A DNA stretch of 64,000 nt from Usitatibacteraceae bacterium. GTDB taxonomy: Bacteria; Pseudomonadota; Gammaproteobacteria; Burkholderiales; Usitatibacteraceae. Shown piece by piece: positions 26,103 through 35,367 of the stretch; the first letter of the stretch is position 1; every line of letters begins with the position of its first letter. The translations under genes and the position numbers were made by a program. The DNA is taken from assembly GCA_044346745.1 (NCBI GenBank), contig JBIIYQ010000001.1, positions 26,156 to 90,155 on the forward strand, given 5' to 3'. The notes beneath the pieces are model-generated. The model did no database searches. It was not told the origin of the DNA and saw only the letters and a program-made list of their open reading frames with translations.

Positions 26103-26153
26103 TCACCGCCAGTTATGCCATCGCCACGACCAGTTAGTTTTGTCGACAAACAT
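26103..26153 (-). CDS. trpL: trp operon leader peptide (16 aa, 4 Trp): MFVDKTNWSWRWHNWR
   Basis: My translation is ATG TTT GTC GAC AAA ACT AAC TGG TCG TGG CGA TGG CAT AAC TGG CGG TGA, ending 66 nt upstream of trpE. A hairpin, UGGCGGUGAAAUCACGCGCCA (26091-26111), overlaps the last Trp and stop codons. A U-rich tract precedes trpE. The SD (AAGGA) is 14 nt away, which is suboptimal. Confidence 0.6.
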   Translation of the reverse strand: MFVDKTNWSWRWHNWR

Positions 26154-26177
26154 GATGAAAGGAAAGTCCTTAGTGGT

Positions 26178-27017
26178 TTACGAGCCAACTTTAACGTATT
26201 TCAAGGCACTCGGCAGATCGTCGATGAACGCGTCACAATCCAGCCCCCGCAACTCCTGTCCTTCGTTGTAGCCATAGGGGACAATAAACACCGGGCAGCC
26301 GGCGGCACGTGCGGCGGCGGCGTCATGCATTGAGTCGCCGATCAATACAACCTCTTCTACCTTGACGCCAAAGTGACTCGCCGCGTGCTGGATCGGTAGC
26401 GGATGAGGCTTTTTTTCTTCTAACGAATCACCCGACAAGACCAACTCAAAGTACGGTGCCAGGCCGGTTTTCTCCAAGAGCGGCAACGTAAAGCGCTCAG
26501 CCTTATTAGTCACACAGCCGAGGCGAAAACCCTTCTCGCGGAACAATTCGAGCCCCTCGAAAACGCCGGGGAAAGGATGAGAAACCTCGGCGAGGCTCGT
26601 TTCGTACTGCTTTTCAAACTGTGCAATCGCGACCTTGGAGGCACTTGCGCCGAGTTCGCCGACTGAGCTTTTCATCGACTGCGAAACCAGATTCGCGATC
26701 CCCCGACCGATGAAGTTTCGTACCACCGGCAAGTCAAGCGGGCCAAACCCAAACGCGGCGCGCATTCGATTGACCGCAGTGGTGATGTCGCCTGCGGTGT
26801 CCAGCATCGTGCCGTCCAAATCGAGCAGCAATACTTTGGCCGGAACCGGCATGGGAAATTTCGGTTTGGCACGGTAACGAATTTTCTTGGCGTCTGCCTT
26901 CGCTGCGACATCGCCGACCAAAGTGTCCGCCAGCTGGTCGTTTTCAAGCCCTTCCGCCCCAAGCCGCCCGTCATTGCTGGTGTTTAGCATTGAATTTGTA
27001 TGTTCTGACATAGACAC
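26178..27017 (-). CDS. gph: phosphoglycolate phosphatase (HAD family)
   Basis: 279-aa ORF: VLLLDLDGTMLDT, LGCVTNK, VLIGDSMHDAAAARAAG. About 55 aa precede the HAD motif I, so an internal start (MPVPAKV..., 26852) is possible. Confidence 0.85.
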   Translation of the reverse strand: MSMSEHTNSMLNTSNDGRLGAEGLENDQLADTLVGDVAAKADAKKIRYRAKPKFPMPVPAKVLLLDLDGTMLDTAGDITTAVNRMRAAFGFGPLDLPVVRNFIGRGIANLVSQSMKSSVGELGASASKVAIAQFEKQYETSLAEVSHPFPGVFEGLELFREKGFRLGCVTNKAERFTLPLLEKTGLAPYFELVLSGDSLEEKKPHPLPIQHAASHFGVKVEEVVLIGDSMHDAAAARAAGCPVFIVPYGYNEGQELRGLDCDAFIDDLPSALKYVKVGS

Positions 27018-27029
27018 TGACTTTGCGGA

Positions 27030-27716
27030 TCAGGCAGTGGCGAGCCGCGCACGCATTGCGGCGATTGTTTTCGCGTAATCCGCCGAATTAAAGATGGCCG
27101 AGCCTGCAACGAACGTATCGGCCCCGGCGTGAGCAATTTCGGCAATGTTGTCGGTCTTTACGCCGCCATCGACCTCCAGCCAAATGTCCCGACCACTCTG
27201 CTCGATCCGCGCACGGGCCTGACGTAACTTATCGAGCGCGACCGGAATAAATTTCTGTCCGCCAAAGCCCGGATTTACACTCATGATGAGAATCAAATCG
27301 ACCTTGTCCATGACGTGGTCGAGATACGTCAAAGGTGTGGCGGGATTAAACACCAAGCCGGCCTTACAACCGCATTCGCGAATCAGCGCCAACGTACGAT
27401 CGATGTGCTCACTGGCTTCTGGATGAAACGAAATGATGTCGGCACCGGCCTTGGCAAAATCCGGAATGATGCGATCCACTGGCTTGACCATCAGATGTAC
27501 ATCGATCAGCACCTTGCCGCCATCGGCCCGAACCGCATGGGGCCGAACGGCTTCACACACCATGGGGCCAATCGTCAGATTGGGGACGTAGTGGTTGTCC
27601 ATCACGTCGAAGTGGATTACGTCGGCGCCGGCCGCAATGACGGCACGCACCTCTTCACCCAAGCGGGCGAAATCCGCAGAAAGAACAGATGGAGCAATTC
27701 GATAGGGCATAGGCAA
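27030..27716 (-). CDS. rpe: ribulose-phosphate 3-epimerase
   Basis: 228 aa: [55 protein letters not shown]. Confidence 0.95.
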   Translation of the reverse strand: MPMPYRIAPSVLSADFARLGEEVRAVIAAGADVIHFDVMDNHYVPNLTIGPMVCEAVRPHAVRADGGKVLIDVHLMVKPVDRIIPDFAKAGADIISFHPEASEHIDRTLALIRECGCKAGLVFNPATPLTYLDHVMDKVDLILIMSVNPGFGGQKFIPVALDKLRQARARIEQSGRDIWLEVDGGVKTDNIAEIAHAGADTFVAGSAIFNSADYAKTIAAMRARLATA

Positions 27717-27782
27717 ATTTTACGCGTAACTTGAAGCATTACGACGTGATGACGGCAAAGGCTGGCGTGATAGCATCTTGCC

Positions 27783-28166
27783 ATGGCTGAGCCCAAACAA
27801 TATGGCATGAAGGTGTCGGCGAACGCGTTTTACCTGCCCGACCAATCGGACGAGGAAAACGATCAGTTTGTCTTTGCCTATCACATCAAGATCACCAACA
27901 CCGGCGAAGTCGCGGCGAAGCTGGTTTCGCGTCATTGGATCATCACTGATGCGGACGGCAAGGTGCAGGAAGTTCGTGGCGTCGGCGTGGTGGGCGAACA
28001 GCCCGAACTAAATCCGGGGGAGTCGTTCGAATACACATCAGGTTCGTCACTAGAGACCAGCGTAGGCACCATGCGCGGCACCTACCAAATGCTCGCCAGC
28101 GACGGCAAGCGCTTTGATGCCATCGTGCCGGAATTCACCCTCTCTGCTCCCCGCGTCCTGCATTAG
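27783..28166 (+). CDS. apaG: ApaG (DUF525) protein
   Basis: 127 aa: FVFAYHIKITNTGEVAAKLVSRHWIITDADGKVQEVRGVGVVGEQPELNPGESFEYTSG. Confidence 0.9.
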   Translation: MAEPKQYGMKVSANAFYLPDQSDEENDQFVFAYHIKITNTGEVAAKLVSRHWIITDADGKVQEVRGVGVVGEQPELNPGESFEYTSGSSLETSVGTMRGTYQMLASDGKRFDAIVPEFTLSAPRVLH

Positions 28167-28172
28167 GCCCTG

Positions 28173-28313
28173 CTACGTGTCGTTTCCTAATGGGGGCTGC
28201 GGGGTCTGTTCTGGCTGACGATGGGGTTTCTTTTTCTTCTTTGGAAATGTCCACCAGACAATAAAGATCGCAATGCCGAACGCCAGCAAAACCTCAAACA
28301 ACACCCAAGCCAT
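28173..28313 (-). CDS. possible small membrane protein (46 aa, below ORF-track cutoff)
   Basis: My translation is MAWVLFEVLLAFGIAIFIVWWTFPKKKKKPHRQPEQTPQPPLGNDT. One TM segment is followed by a Lys/Pro-rich tail. SD AGAGG lies upstream. Divergent from mltA. Confidence 0.35.
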   Translation of the reverse strand: MAWVLFEVLLAFGIAIFIVWWTFPKKKKKPHRQPEQTPQPPLGNDT

Positions 28314-28443
28314 AACTACCGCCTCTTGATCCACTCGTCGTTACACGATTCCACGACCGCCTATGCCACTTGCGATCCGCCCGCTCTACTGTCGCAACAC
28401 TAGTTCTGGTAGCATTTTCGCACGAGCTAAGGTGCGCGCGTGC

Positions 28444-29766
28444 ATGTTGGCGCTCTGCACCACGACGCTGCTTGTGTTGGCAGGCTGCGCAGCGGGTCCG
28501 TCCCTGTCACCTGCCACCCCGGCGCTAGGCATGAACCATGTCTGTCCAGCGCCAACCACGGCTTCGAGCGCGACCTGCTTGATCTGTCCAATCTGTCCGG
28601 CTGTCCCGGAGGATCCGCTCTTCATGGATACCACCGCGCTGTCGACAAGGCCAGAAGTGCCCAGAGGACGACTCGAGAAAGGTGCTTGGGCAGGGTTACG
28701 CGATTGGCACAACGATGACAACAGCGACGCCCTCACCGCCTTCGAGCAGGGCTGCCCGGTATTACGCACACGTGCTGAATGGCAGGATGTTTGCAGACGC
28801 GCCTCGGCGCTGGTCGCAGGTAGTTTTAGCAAAGTTAGCGCTACGAATTTTTTCCGCGAGAATTTTCAACCATTTCGCGTCCTCAACGCCGATGACACGA
28901 CAAGCGGCACTGTCACCGGTTACTACGAACCCTTGCTTAAGGGCTCGCGCACCCGCACTAACGTCTACAAGTACCCGATCTATGCACGGCCACAAGACTT
29001 GGTGACCGTTGAACTGGCCGATGTCTACGCTGACCTTAAGTTCAGACGCTTGCGCGGCCGCTTGGTCGACAACAAGTTGGTGCCCTATTACGACCGCGCC
29101 GAAATCGAATCTGCCAAAGCGCCGCTAGAGGGACTAGAGCTCGTTTGGGTCGACAACGCTGTTGAGCTGTTCTTCTTGCAGATACAAGGTTCCGGACAGG
29201 TTCAGCTGCCGGACGGCTCGCGCATCCGTCTCGGCTACGCAGACCAAAACGGACATCCATTTCGCTCGCTGGGCGGTGTGTTGATTCGTCGCGGCGAAAT
29301 TAAACCGGAGCGTGCGTCCATGCAGGGGATCAAGGCCTGGGCGGAACGCAATCCCCGCAAGTTGCAGCAGTTCATGAATGCGAATCCGAGTTACGTATTC
29401 TTTAAGGAAATCGACGCGGGCGGTACGGGGCCAATCGGCACGCTCGGTGTGCCATTGACTGCGGAACGCTCCATCGCTGTGGACCCGCGTGTCATCCCCC
29501 TTGGTGTACCGGTGTTTCTATCAACAACATTTCCTGGCACAAATCAGCCGTTAAATCGCTTGATGGTGGCGCAAGACACGGGCGGTGCCATCGCTGGTGC
29601 CGTCAGGGTGGATTTCTTTTGGGGCTTTGGCGACGACGCCGGTGCCCAAGCCGGCCGCATGAAACAGCGCGGCGAGAAATGGGTGCTGCTACCGAATGGA
29701 TACGACCCGAACGACGCCAGCAACTCGACTACACCAAAAATAGCCAACCGAGAAGCCGCCCGCTAG
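28444..29766 (+). CDS. mltA: membrane-bound lytic murein transglycosylase A
   Basis: The ORF track gives 28363..29766. The ATG at 28444 gives a lipoprotein signal, MLALCTTTLLVLAGC. MltA-type segments: TGYYEPLLKGS, FFLQIQGSGQVQLPDG, AVDPRVIPLGVPVFL, AQDTGGAI. Confidence 0.9.
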   Translation: MLALCTTTLLVLAGCAAGPSLSPATPALGMNHVCPAPTTASSATCLICPICPAVPEDPLFMDTTALSTRPEVPRGRLEKGAWAGLRDWHNDDNSDALTAFEQGCPVLRTRAEWQDVCRRASALVAGSFSKVSATNFFRENFQPFRVLNADDTTSGTVTGYYEPLLKGSRTRTNVYKYPIYARPQDLVTVELADVYADLKFRRLRGRLVDNKLVPYYDRAEIESAKAPLEGLELVWVDNAVELFFLQIQGSGQVQLPDGSRIRLGYADQNGHPFRSLGGVLIRRGEIKPERASMQGIKAWAERNPRKLQQFMNANPSYVFFKEIDAGGTGPIGTLGVPLTAERSIAVDPRVIPLGVPVFLSTTFPGTNQPLNRLMVAQDTGGAIAGAVRVDFFWGFGDDAGAQAGRMKQRGEKWVLLPNGYDPNDASNSTTPKIANREAAR

Positions 29767-29803
29767 CGCGAAGACTGCTTCTACTTCAGCGCTCGATGCC
29801 CCC

Positions 29804-30583
29804 TTATTTTTTCGCCGGTGCAGCTGCTGACGCTGCGACCGCTGGTGGCGCGACGACATTCGACTTAGGGGGCGCGACAGCGGACGCTAGCTTCGCCTCG
29901 ATAGTGGTCAGTGGGAGCGCGCCGACAACACGTTCACCGTCGACAAAAAACGTCACCGGTGTGCCATTGATACGAAGCTTTTTCCCCAACGCGACGTTCT
30001 GCTCTACCGGCGTCTGACACGATTCCGGGGCGGGTGATGGCGGGGCTTTATCACGCAGCATCCAATCTTGCCATGCCGCACCACTATCCTTGGCGCACCA
30101 GATGGCCTTTGATTTGACGAACGAATCCTGCGCGAGGATCGGGTACAGAAATACGTATGCCGTGATGTTGTTGAGTGAGTTCACATCCGCTTCGAATTTC
30201 TTGCAGTAGCCGCAAAGTGGATCTTCAAAAATCGCAATGCGCCGTGAGCCATCACCCCGCACAATCTTAATCGCGTTTTCAAACGGCAGTTCATCAAACT
30301 TGATCGCAGTGAGTTTGTTTACCCGCGCCTCGGTCACATTCGCGCGTGTCGCGGTATCGATTAGGTTACCCGTCACAACAAATGTCGCCTTCTCGTCGGT
30401 ATAGAAGATCTCGGTGCCGGTGAATACCTCGAAAAGGCCGCCGTAGGTGGTCTTTGTGATCCGCTCTGTCTTCAGGTCTGGAAACTTCTTCGCCAGCTCT
30501 TTTTTAACTTCATCGGGGTTTGCTTGCACGCCGCAGGAGACCGCAAAAAACGCCGCCGCGAGTGCGACAAATACCTTTTTCAT
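29804..30583 (-). CDS. DsbC/DsbG-family periplasmic thiol:disulfide isomerase with Ala/Pro-rich C-terminal tail
   Basis: The ATG at 30583 gives the signal peptide MKKVFVALAAAFFAVSCGVQA. Thioredoxin motif DPLCGYCKKF. The tail is ...APPKSNVVAPPAVAASAAAPAKK. Confidence 0.85.
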   Translation of the reverse strand: MKKVFVALAAAFFAVSCGVQANPDEVKKELAKKFPDLKTERITKTTYGGLFEVFTGTEIFYTDEKATFVVTGNLIDTATRANVTEARVNKLTAIKFDELPFENAIKIVRGDGSRRIAIFEDPLCGYCKKFEADVNSLNNITAYVFLYPILAQDSFVKSKAIWCAKDSGAAWQDWMLRDKAPPSPAPESCQTPVEQNVALGKKLRINGTPVTFFVDGERVVGALPLTTIEAKLASAVAPPKSNVVAPPAVAASAAAPAKK

Positions 30584-30636
30584 AAGATCAACTCTCTGAT
30601 TTAAAAATTCTTTCAACACGCCGCATTGCCGATGCC

Positions 30637-31821
30637 TCATGAGCGCGCGGCGTATTCTGTAGCCAGGCGCTTAGCCAGCGTTGCGCGATCGAACCAACTG
30701 AAACCCGACCGTCTGACCCACTTTGACACGTTATCGTTCCGCAAGAAAAGTGTGTGCAGATAATCGGTCGCCTCGCCCATCGCAACGGTCGCTTCCGAGC
30801 GGGCCCGTGCATAACGACGCAACACCGCCATGTCTCCGACCGCCGAAAACTTACCCCTGCCGGCAAGCGCATCTACCAAGGCGTTTACATCACCAAACCC
30901 GAGGTTTACCCCTTGCCCGGCGAGCGGATGGATGGCGTGGGCGGCGTCACCGATCAGCGCAAGCCCCGATGCGACGACACGATCGGCGGTGATGCGCTTT
31001 AGCGGAATCTCTTCGATGGCGGAACTCAACGACAGCCGGCCAAGACTGTGGTGGCCTGCTGTAGCGACGGCATCCAGAAAAGCCGTGGAATCACGTTGCG
31101 GCAGGCCGGCTGCGTACTGTCGTTTAACTGACCAGACAATTGAGATCTGCTGTGCCGGCATCGGCAGGTAGGCGAGCACGCCGTCCGGCGTAAACCACTG
31201 ACGCGCGATATTGGCGTGCGGGAGTTCGCAAATAAAGTTAGCGACGATTCCCACACTCTCATAATCTTTGACATCCGTCCCGATCTCGGCAAGTTTGCGA
31301 ACCGATGATTGCCGGCCATCTGCTGCAACGACGAGATCTGCCTCAATACACGCGCCATCCGTCAACACCAGTGCGCGCCTGCTGCCATTGACCGTCATTG
31401 ATTCGATGGTGACGCCAAACTTCAACACCACATCCGTCTCTGCAATCGCCTCACTCAGCGCCGTGACGAGCTCACGATGCTCAACAATATGAGCGAGCGC
31501 CGCACCACGCGAAAAACGCATGCCGGGCAACACGGCGCCAGAGTCGTCGGCATCGCCGGCAACGCGCATTTCGTCGACGGGCGTGACACGTGCGCTACGC
31601 AGGCGCGACCAAACGCCGATACTCTCGAGCAGTGCAACTGACTGCGGGGATAACGCGTAGACGCGATTGTCGTAGGCTGATTCGTCTACCCGGTCAGTCA
31701 ACGCCGCGGGAACCGGCGCCCTTTCCAGCACGACAACTTCGGTATTGCTCATCGATTGGGCGGCACGAATGGCAAACGCCAGCCCGACCGGCCCACCGCC
31801 GACAACAACGATGCGATTCAC
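30637..31821 (-). CDS. UbiH/UbiF/VisC/COQ6-family FAD-dependent ubiquinone hydroxylase
   Basis: 394 aa: IVVVGGGPVGLAFA (GxGxxG), LIGDAAHAIHPLAGQGVNLGFGD. Confidence 0.85.
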   Translation of the reverse strand: MNRIVVVGGGPVGLAFAIRAAQSMSNTEVVVLERAPVPAALTDRVDESAYDNRVYALSPQSVALLESIGVWSRLRSARVTPVDEMRVAGDADDSGAVLPGMRFSRGAALAHIVEHRELVTALSEAIAETDVVLKFGVTIESMTVNGSRRALVLTDGACIEADLVVAADGRQSSVRKLAEIGTDVKDYESVGIVANFICELPHANIARQWFTPDGVLAYLPMPAQQISIVWSVKRQYAAGLPQRDSTAFLDAVATAGHHSLGRLSLSSAIEEIPLKRITADRVVASGLALIGDAAHAIHPLAGQGVNLGFGDVNALVDALAGRGKFSAVGDMAVLRRYARARSEATVAMGEATDYLHTLFLRNDNVSKWVRRSGFSWFDRATLAKRLATEYAARS

Positions 31822-32984
31822 GATTGCGCCCCAAACAACATCCGGTTCGCCAACGCCCTGCGGGCAAACGGCAACATATCAACCGCAGCAAGCACAAGCC
31901 CACGTGGTAGCCGCAGTGTGGCTGCGTCGGATAAAAACGCACTCGCCAGTAAGTCGGTAAATCCGACCCCACGCGTGATGTCTGTTTCACGTGTCGCGGC
32001 GTACTTAGCGAGCGCCTCGCCTGTGTGCGAAAACTGTCCGAGTTTGCCGGCACGGGTGGGCGCAAGCGTGGCTGCCAGTGCGGAAGCATCGCGCAAGCCG
32101 AGGTTAAACCCTTGTCCGGCGACTGGATGCATCGCCTGCGCGGCGTTACCAATGATCGCGACGTTATCAACCACGCGGACACTCGTTTGTTTGAGCTTTA
32201 GTGGATAACGTCGTCGGTTTGCAAGCTTCATAAATTGACCAGCCCGTTTACCGAAGTGCGTCTGAAAGGCCACTTTTGCGTCGTCGTCACTAAGCGCCAT
32301 GAGTTCGTCGATCTTTTCATGCGCCGCGACCCAGACCATCGAAAATTCGCAATCACCACCAACCGTCGGCAGCAGCGCTGCCGGCCCTTCCGGCGTGAAT
32401 CGCTCGTAGGCGACATTTAAATGCGGACGATCAGCCACGACATGCGCAAGCATCGCAGACTGTCCATAGTCTTTGACAGCTGAATCGACCCCCTCAAGCT
32501 TGTCTAGATTCGCCCCACCATCAGCCATCACGACGATCGCAGCAGTCGAACAAAACTCTCCATCCTTGGTCGCATATTTGACAACCCCTGCGCCGGATTG
32601 AATCGCTGTCACGCGTGCACCAAATACAACAGGAATGCCGTTTGCGATTAGCGCGTCATCAAGCCTTGCTTGAAGTTCCGAATATCTCACCACGTAGCCA
32701 AGCGCCGGAACTCCAACTTCGGAACGATCGAGCATCACGCGGCCAAAGCCGCCCTTCTGCGAGGTGTGAATGCGGTGAATCTCGGTCGCCGACAAGCCGT
32801 TGCCCCAGCCACCGGCGCGCTCCAGCAACACACGACTGCCGTGGGAGAGCGCCAGCGTTCGTGTCTCGGTCGAGGGACCTTCACGCGCGTCGATGAGCGA
32901 CACGTCAAGACCGTGCGTCTTTGCCAATAACGCAAAGGTCGCACCGACTGGCCCGGCACCGATTACGAGAAGATGAGACATCAA
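31818..32984 (-). CDS. UbiH/UbiF/VisC/COQ6-family FAD-dependent ubiquinone hydroxylase (second paralogue, ATGA-coupled)
   Basis: 388 aa: LLVIGAGPVGATFA, IIGNAAQAMHPVAGQGFNLGLRD. Confidence 0.85.
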   Translation of the reverse strand: MMSHLLVIGAGPVGATFALLAKTHGLDVSLIDAREGPSTETRTLALSHGSRVLLERAGGWGNGLSATEIHRIHTSQKGGFGRVMLDRSEVGVPALGYVVRYSELQARLDDALIANGIPVVFGARVTAIQSGAGVVKYATKDGEFCSTAAIVVMADGGANLDKLEGVDSAVKDYGQSAMLAHVVADRPHLNVAYERFTPEGPAALLPTVGGDCEFSMVWVAAHEKIDELMALSDDDAKVAFQTHFGKRAGQFMKLANRRRYPLKLKQTSVRVVDNVAIIGNAAQAMHPVAGQGFNLGLRDASALAATLAPTRAGKLGQFSHTGEALAKYAATRETDITRGVGFTDLLASAFLSDAATLRLPRGLVLAAVDMLPFARRALANRMLFGAQS

Positions 32985-33013
32985 TTCATCTAGCTTGCGT
33001 GGGCCAATTACAT

Positions 33014-34360
33014 TTAGCCCGCAGCCATCGCGGTCGCGGCTTCAACTTCCTTGACCGTCTTCGGGCAAGAGGCTGTCAGATTTTCGTTGCCCTTCTTCGT
33101 CACCAGAATATCGTCCTCGATACGCACACCGATGTCCCAAAACGCCTTGGGCACATTGTCTGCAGGGCGAATGTAGATGCCTGGCTCGACTGTCACCACC
33201 ATGCCCGGCTCCATCTCTACCCACTTGCCATTCGCTTGCCGATAGTTGCCGGCATCGTGTACGTCAAGGCCGAGCCAATGTCCGGCACGATGCATATAGA
33301 ACTGTTTGTAGGCTTCCGTTTCGATGACGCTGGCGAGGCTGCCCTTGCACAACTTTAGGTCGATGAGGCCCTGTGCGAGCACATTCACCGCCACCTCATG
33401 ATATTTGCCGAACGGATTGCCCGGCTTGACCGCCTTGATACAAGCCAGCTGCGACTCGAGTACCAGTTCATAAACGTCGCGTTGGGCGGCGGAGAATTTT
33501 CCGGCGATCGGGAAGGTTCTTGTGATGTCTGCAGCATAACTTTCCAACTCGCAACCGGCGTCAATGAGCATGAGCTCGCCCTTTTTGAGCTGCGCACTGT
33601 TCTCGCTATAGTGCAACACACACGCGTTACCGCCAGCGGCGACAATCGAGCCATAAGCCGGCTGACGCGCCCCGTTGCGGACAAACTCATGCAATAGCTC
33701 CGCCTCTACTTGGTACTCATACATGCCCGGTTTTGCCATCCGCATGGCTCGGGTATGCGCGTCCGAGGAAATCTTGCCCGCCCGGCGCATGATGTCGATC
33801 TCAGTCTCGTCTTTTATCAAGCGCTGAAAATCGATGTGACGACGGACATCGTGAACTTCCGATGGCGCCGAAATGCCTTGGCGGCTCTTCGCGCGCACCG
33901 CATTGAGCCACTTCGCAATCGAGGCGTCCCACTCAGCGTCAGCGCCGACAGGTGTGTGAATCACTGCTTGGTTGCTCATCAAGTCGGGTACGAGTCGGTC
34001 GAGATCAGCGATGGGATAACACTCGTCGAAACTGAAAATCTCTTTTGCCATCGTCGGCCCGAAACGAAATCCGTCCCAGATCTCGCGCTCAATGTTTTTC
34101 TCGCGGCAGAAAAGAATATGTCGGGGTTTTTTGCCCAAGGTAATCGCAATCACCGCCTCCGGTTCGCGAAAACCCGTGAGGTAGTAGAAATAACTGTCCC
34201 AGCGGTAGTCGTAGAGAGCGTCAGCGTTACGCGTGGCTTCCCGGGCAGTAGGCAGTAACATCAAGCCTTCTTTCATCGACTTCGCCAATCGTTGGCGACG
34301 CTTGAGGTGTGGGGCAATTTTTGGAACAACCACGGGAAGCGGCAAGGTTTCGCGTTTCAT
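33014..34360 (-). CDS. pepP: Xaa-Pro aminopeptidase
   Basis: The ORF track starts at 34423; the ATG at 34360 gives MKRETLPLP... M24B motifs: LMLIDAGCELESYAADITRTFP, HRAGHWLGLDVHD, VVTVEPGIY, GVRIEDD. Confidence 0.9.
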   Translation of the reverse strand: MKRETLPLPVVVPKIAPHLKRRQRLAKSMKEGLMLLPTAREATRNADALYDYRWDSYFYYLTGFREPEAVIAITLGKKPRHILFCREKNIEREIWDGFRFGPTMAKEIFSFDECYPIADLDRLVPDLMSNQAVIHTPVGADAEWDASIAKWLNAVRAKSRQGISAPSEVHDVRRHIDFQRLIKDETEIDIMRRAGKISSDAHTRAMRMAKPGMYEYQVEAELLHEFVRNGARQPAYGSIVAAGGNACVLHYSENSAQLKKGELMLIDAGCELESYAADITRTFPIAGKFSAAQRDVYELVLESQLACIKAVKPGNPFGKYHEVAVNVLAQGLIDLKLCKGSLASVIETEAYKQFYMHRAGHWLGLDVHDAGNYRQANGKWVEMEPGMVVTVEPGIYIRPADNVPKAFWDIGVRIEDDILVTKKGNENLTASCPKTVKEVEAATAMAAG

Positions 34361-34519
34361 ATTCTGTTCCGTATTCGAAAAAGTCTGCGCATTAACAAGA
34401 AACATTACCCAATTGACTAACAACGCCGGAACTAGGAATCAACTCCCTAATATCCTTGGCCTATATTATCCATGTTCTGCCTCGAACTGGTATCTGCATT
34501 TCGACTCATTATGGTGCGA

Positions 34520-35338
34520 CTATCTACGATCAGTTCGAACGACAACGTCCCGCTCATTAACGTCAAACGTCATACACTTACCTTTGCAGTTAAAGACCTG
34601 CGTTTTTAGAGGTTCCATGTACTTGGCTGTACCGTACCCCTCAGGTGCTTCGACGTTGTTGATACCAAACTTTTGCATCGCGCGGACGGTTGCAACCCAA
34701 GCGTCCGAAGCATTCGCTGTTTTTGGCTCTTGTCCAAGCCGCGTAATGTACTCATTGATTTGAAGCTCATCGTAGAATTGGCGCTCCATCTCACGGAATT
34801 TGATTAGGGTCGCGATCGAAGATTTTTTTTCGTCAAGGAAAGCTTGATCGTCCTTAGTCAATTGTTCCTTCGAAAAATAACTCTTTTCAAGGGTTTCGAC
34901 ATACTTGACCAATAATTCACGCAAATCCTTTTGATGTGAACTTCCGTGCCACGTAACGAGACTACCTGCACCGATGATCTTCTTATTGCCGGCAAGGAAT
35001 ACCAAATTCGCACACGCCGAATGACAGTAAAGATATGCTTCCACATCTAAATTATTGTCTTTGACCCAGCGAGCAAGCTTCATTCCCGCAATAGCACTCC
35101 CACCATCGGAGCTAATAATCAATTTTTTTGTTGTCCCTGGCGGACGCTCAGCAATGAATTTGTCCACTTTTTCAATCGTTATCGGGCCATTGAAAAAGTG
35201 CTTAAACTCAGCGACGCGGGCAGCGGACATATTGTTGCCGGGCTGCTGCTTCGGTTCGGCGGCAGCGTGAGGACAAGCAAGTACAAAGCAGGCGCAGAAC
35301 AATAGGGACTTACGAAAAAAATCTCCACCGATTTTCAA
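34520..35338 (-). CDS. AT-rich periplasmic protein with ClpP/NfeD-like fold signature (function unknown)
   Basis: 272 aa. Signal peptide ...FCACFVLACPHAAAEP. The segment ISSDGGSAIAGMKLARWVKDNNLDVEAYLYCHSACANLVFLAGNKK is reminiscent of COG3904-type predicted periplasmic proteins (from memory, unverified). Base composition is visibly lower in GC than the neighbours. Confidence 0.6.
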   Translation of the reverse strand: MKIGGDFFRKSLLFCACFVLACPHAAAEPKQQPGNNMSAARVAEFKHFFNGPITIEKVDKFIAERPPGTTKKLIISSDGGSAIAGMKLARWVKDNNLDVEAYLYCHSACANLVFLAGNKKIIGAGSLVTWHGSSHQKDLRELLVKYVETLEKSYFSKEQLTKDDQAFLDEKKSSIATLIKFREMERQFYDELQINEYITRLGQEPKTANASDAWVATVRAMQKFGINNVEAPEGYGTAKYMEPLKTQVFNCKGKCMTFDVNERDVVVRTDRR

Positions 35339-35367
35339 TGAGACCGTCCAAATGAAGAAGCTACACC

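Noticed and set aside
26091-26111. The hairpin overlapping the trpL stop codon, considered as the attenuator terminator itself
   Set aside because: It is followed only by UAUUAUU rather than a clean U-run. A terminating ribosome would occupy it, which is the wrong logic for a 3:4 terminator. I report it only as part of an unresolved attenuator fold.
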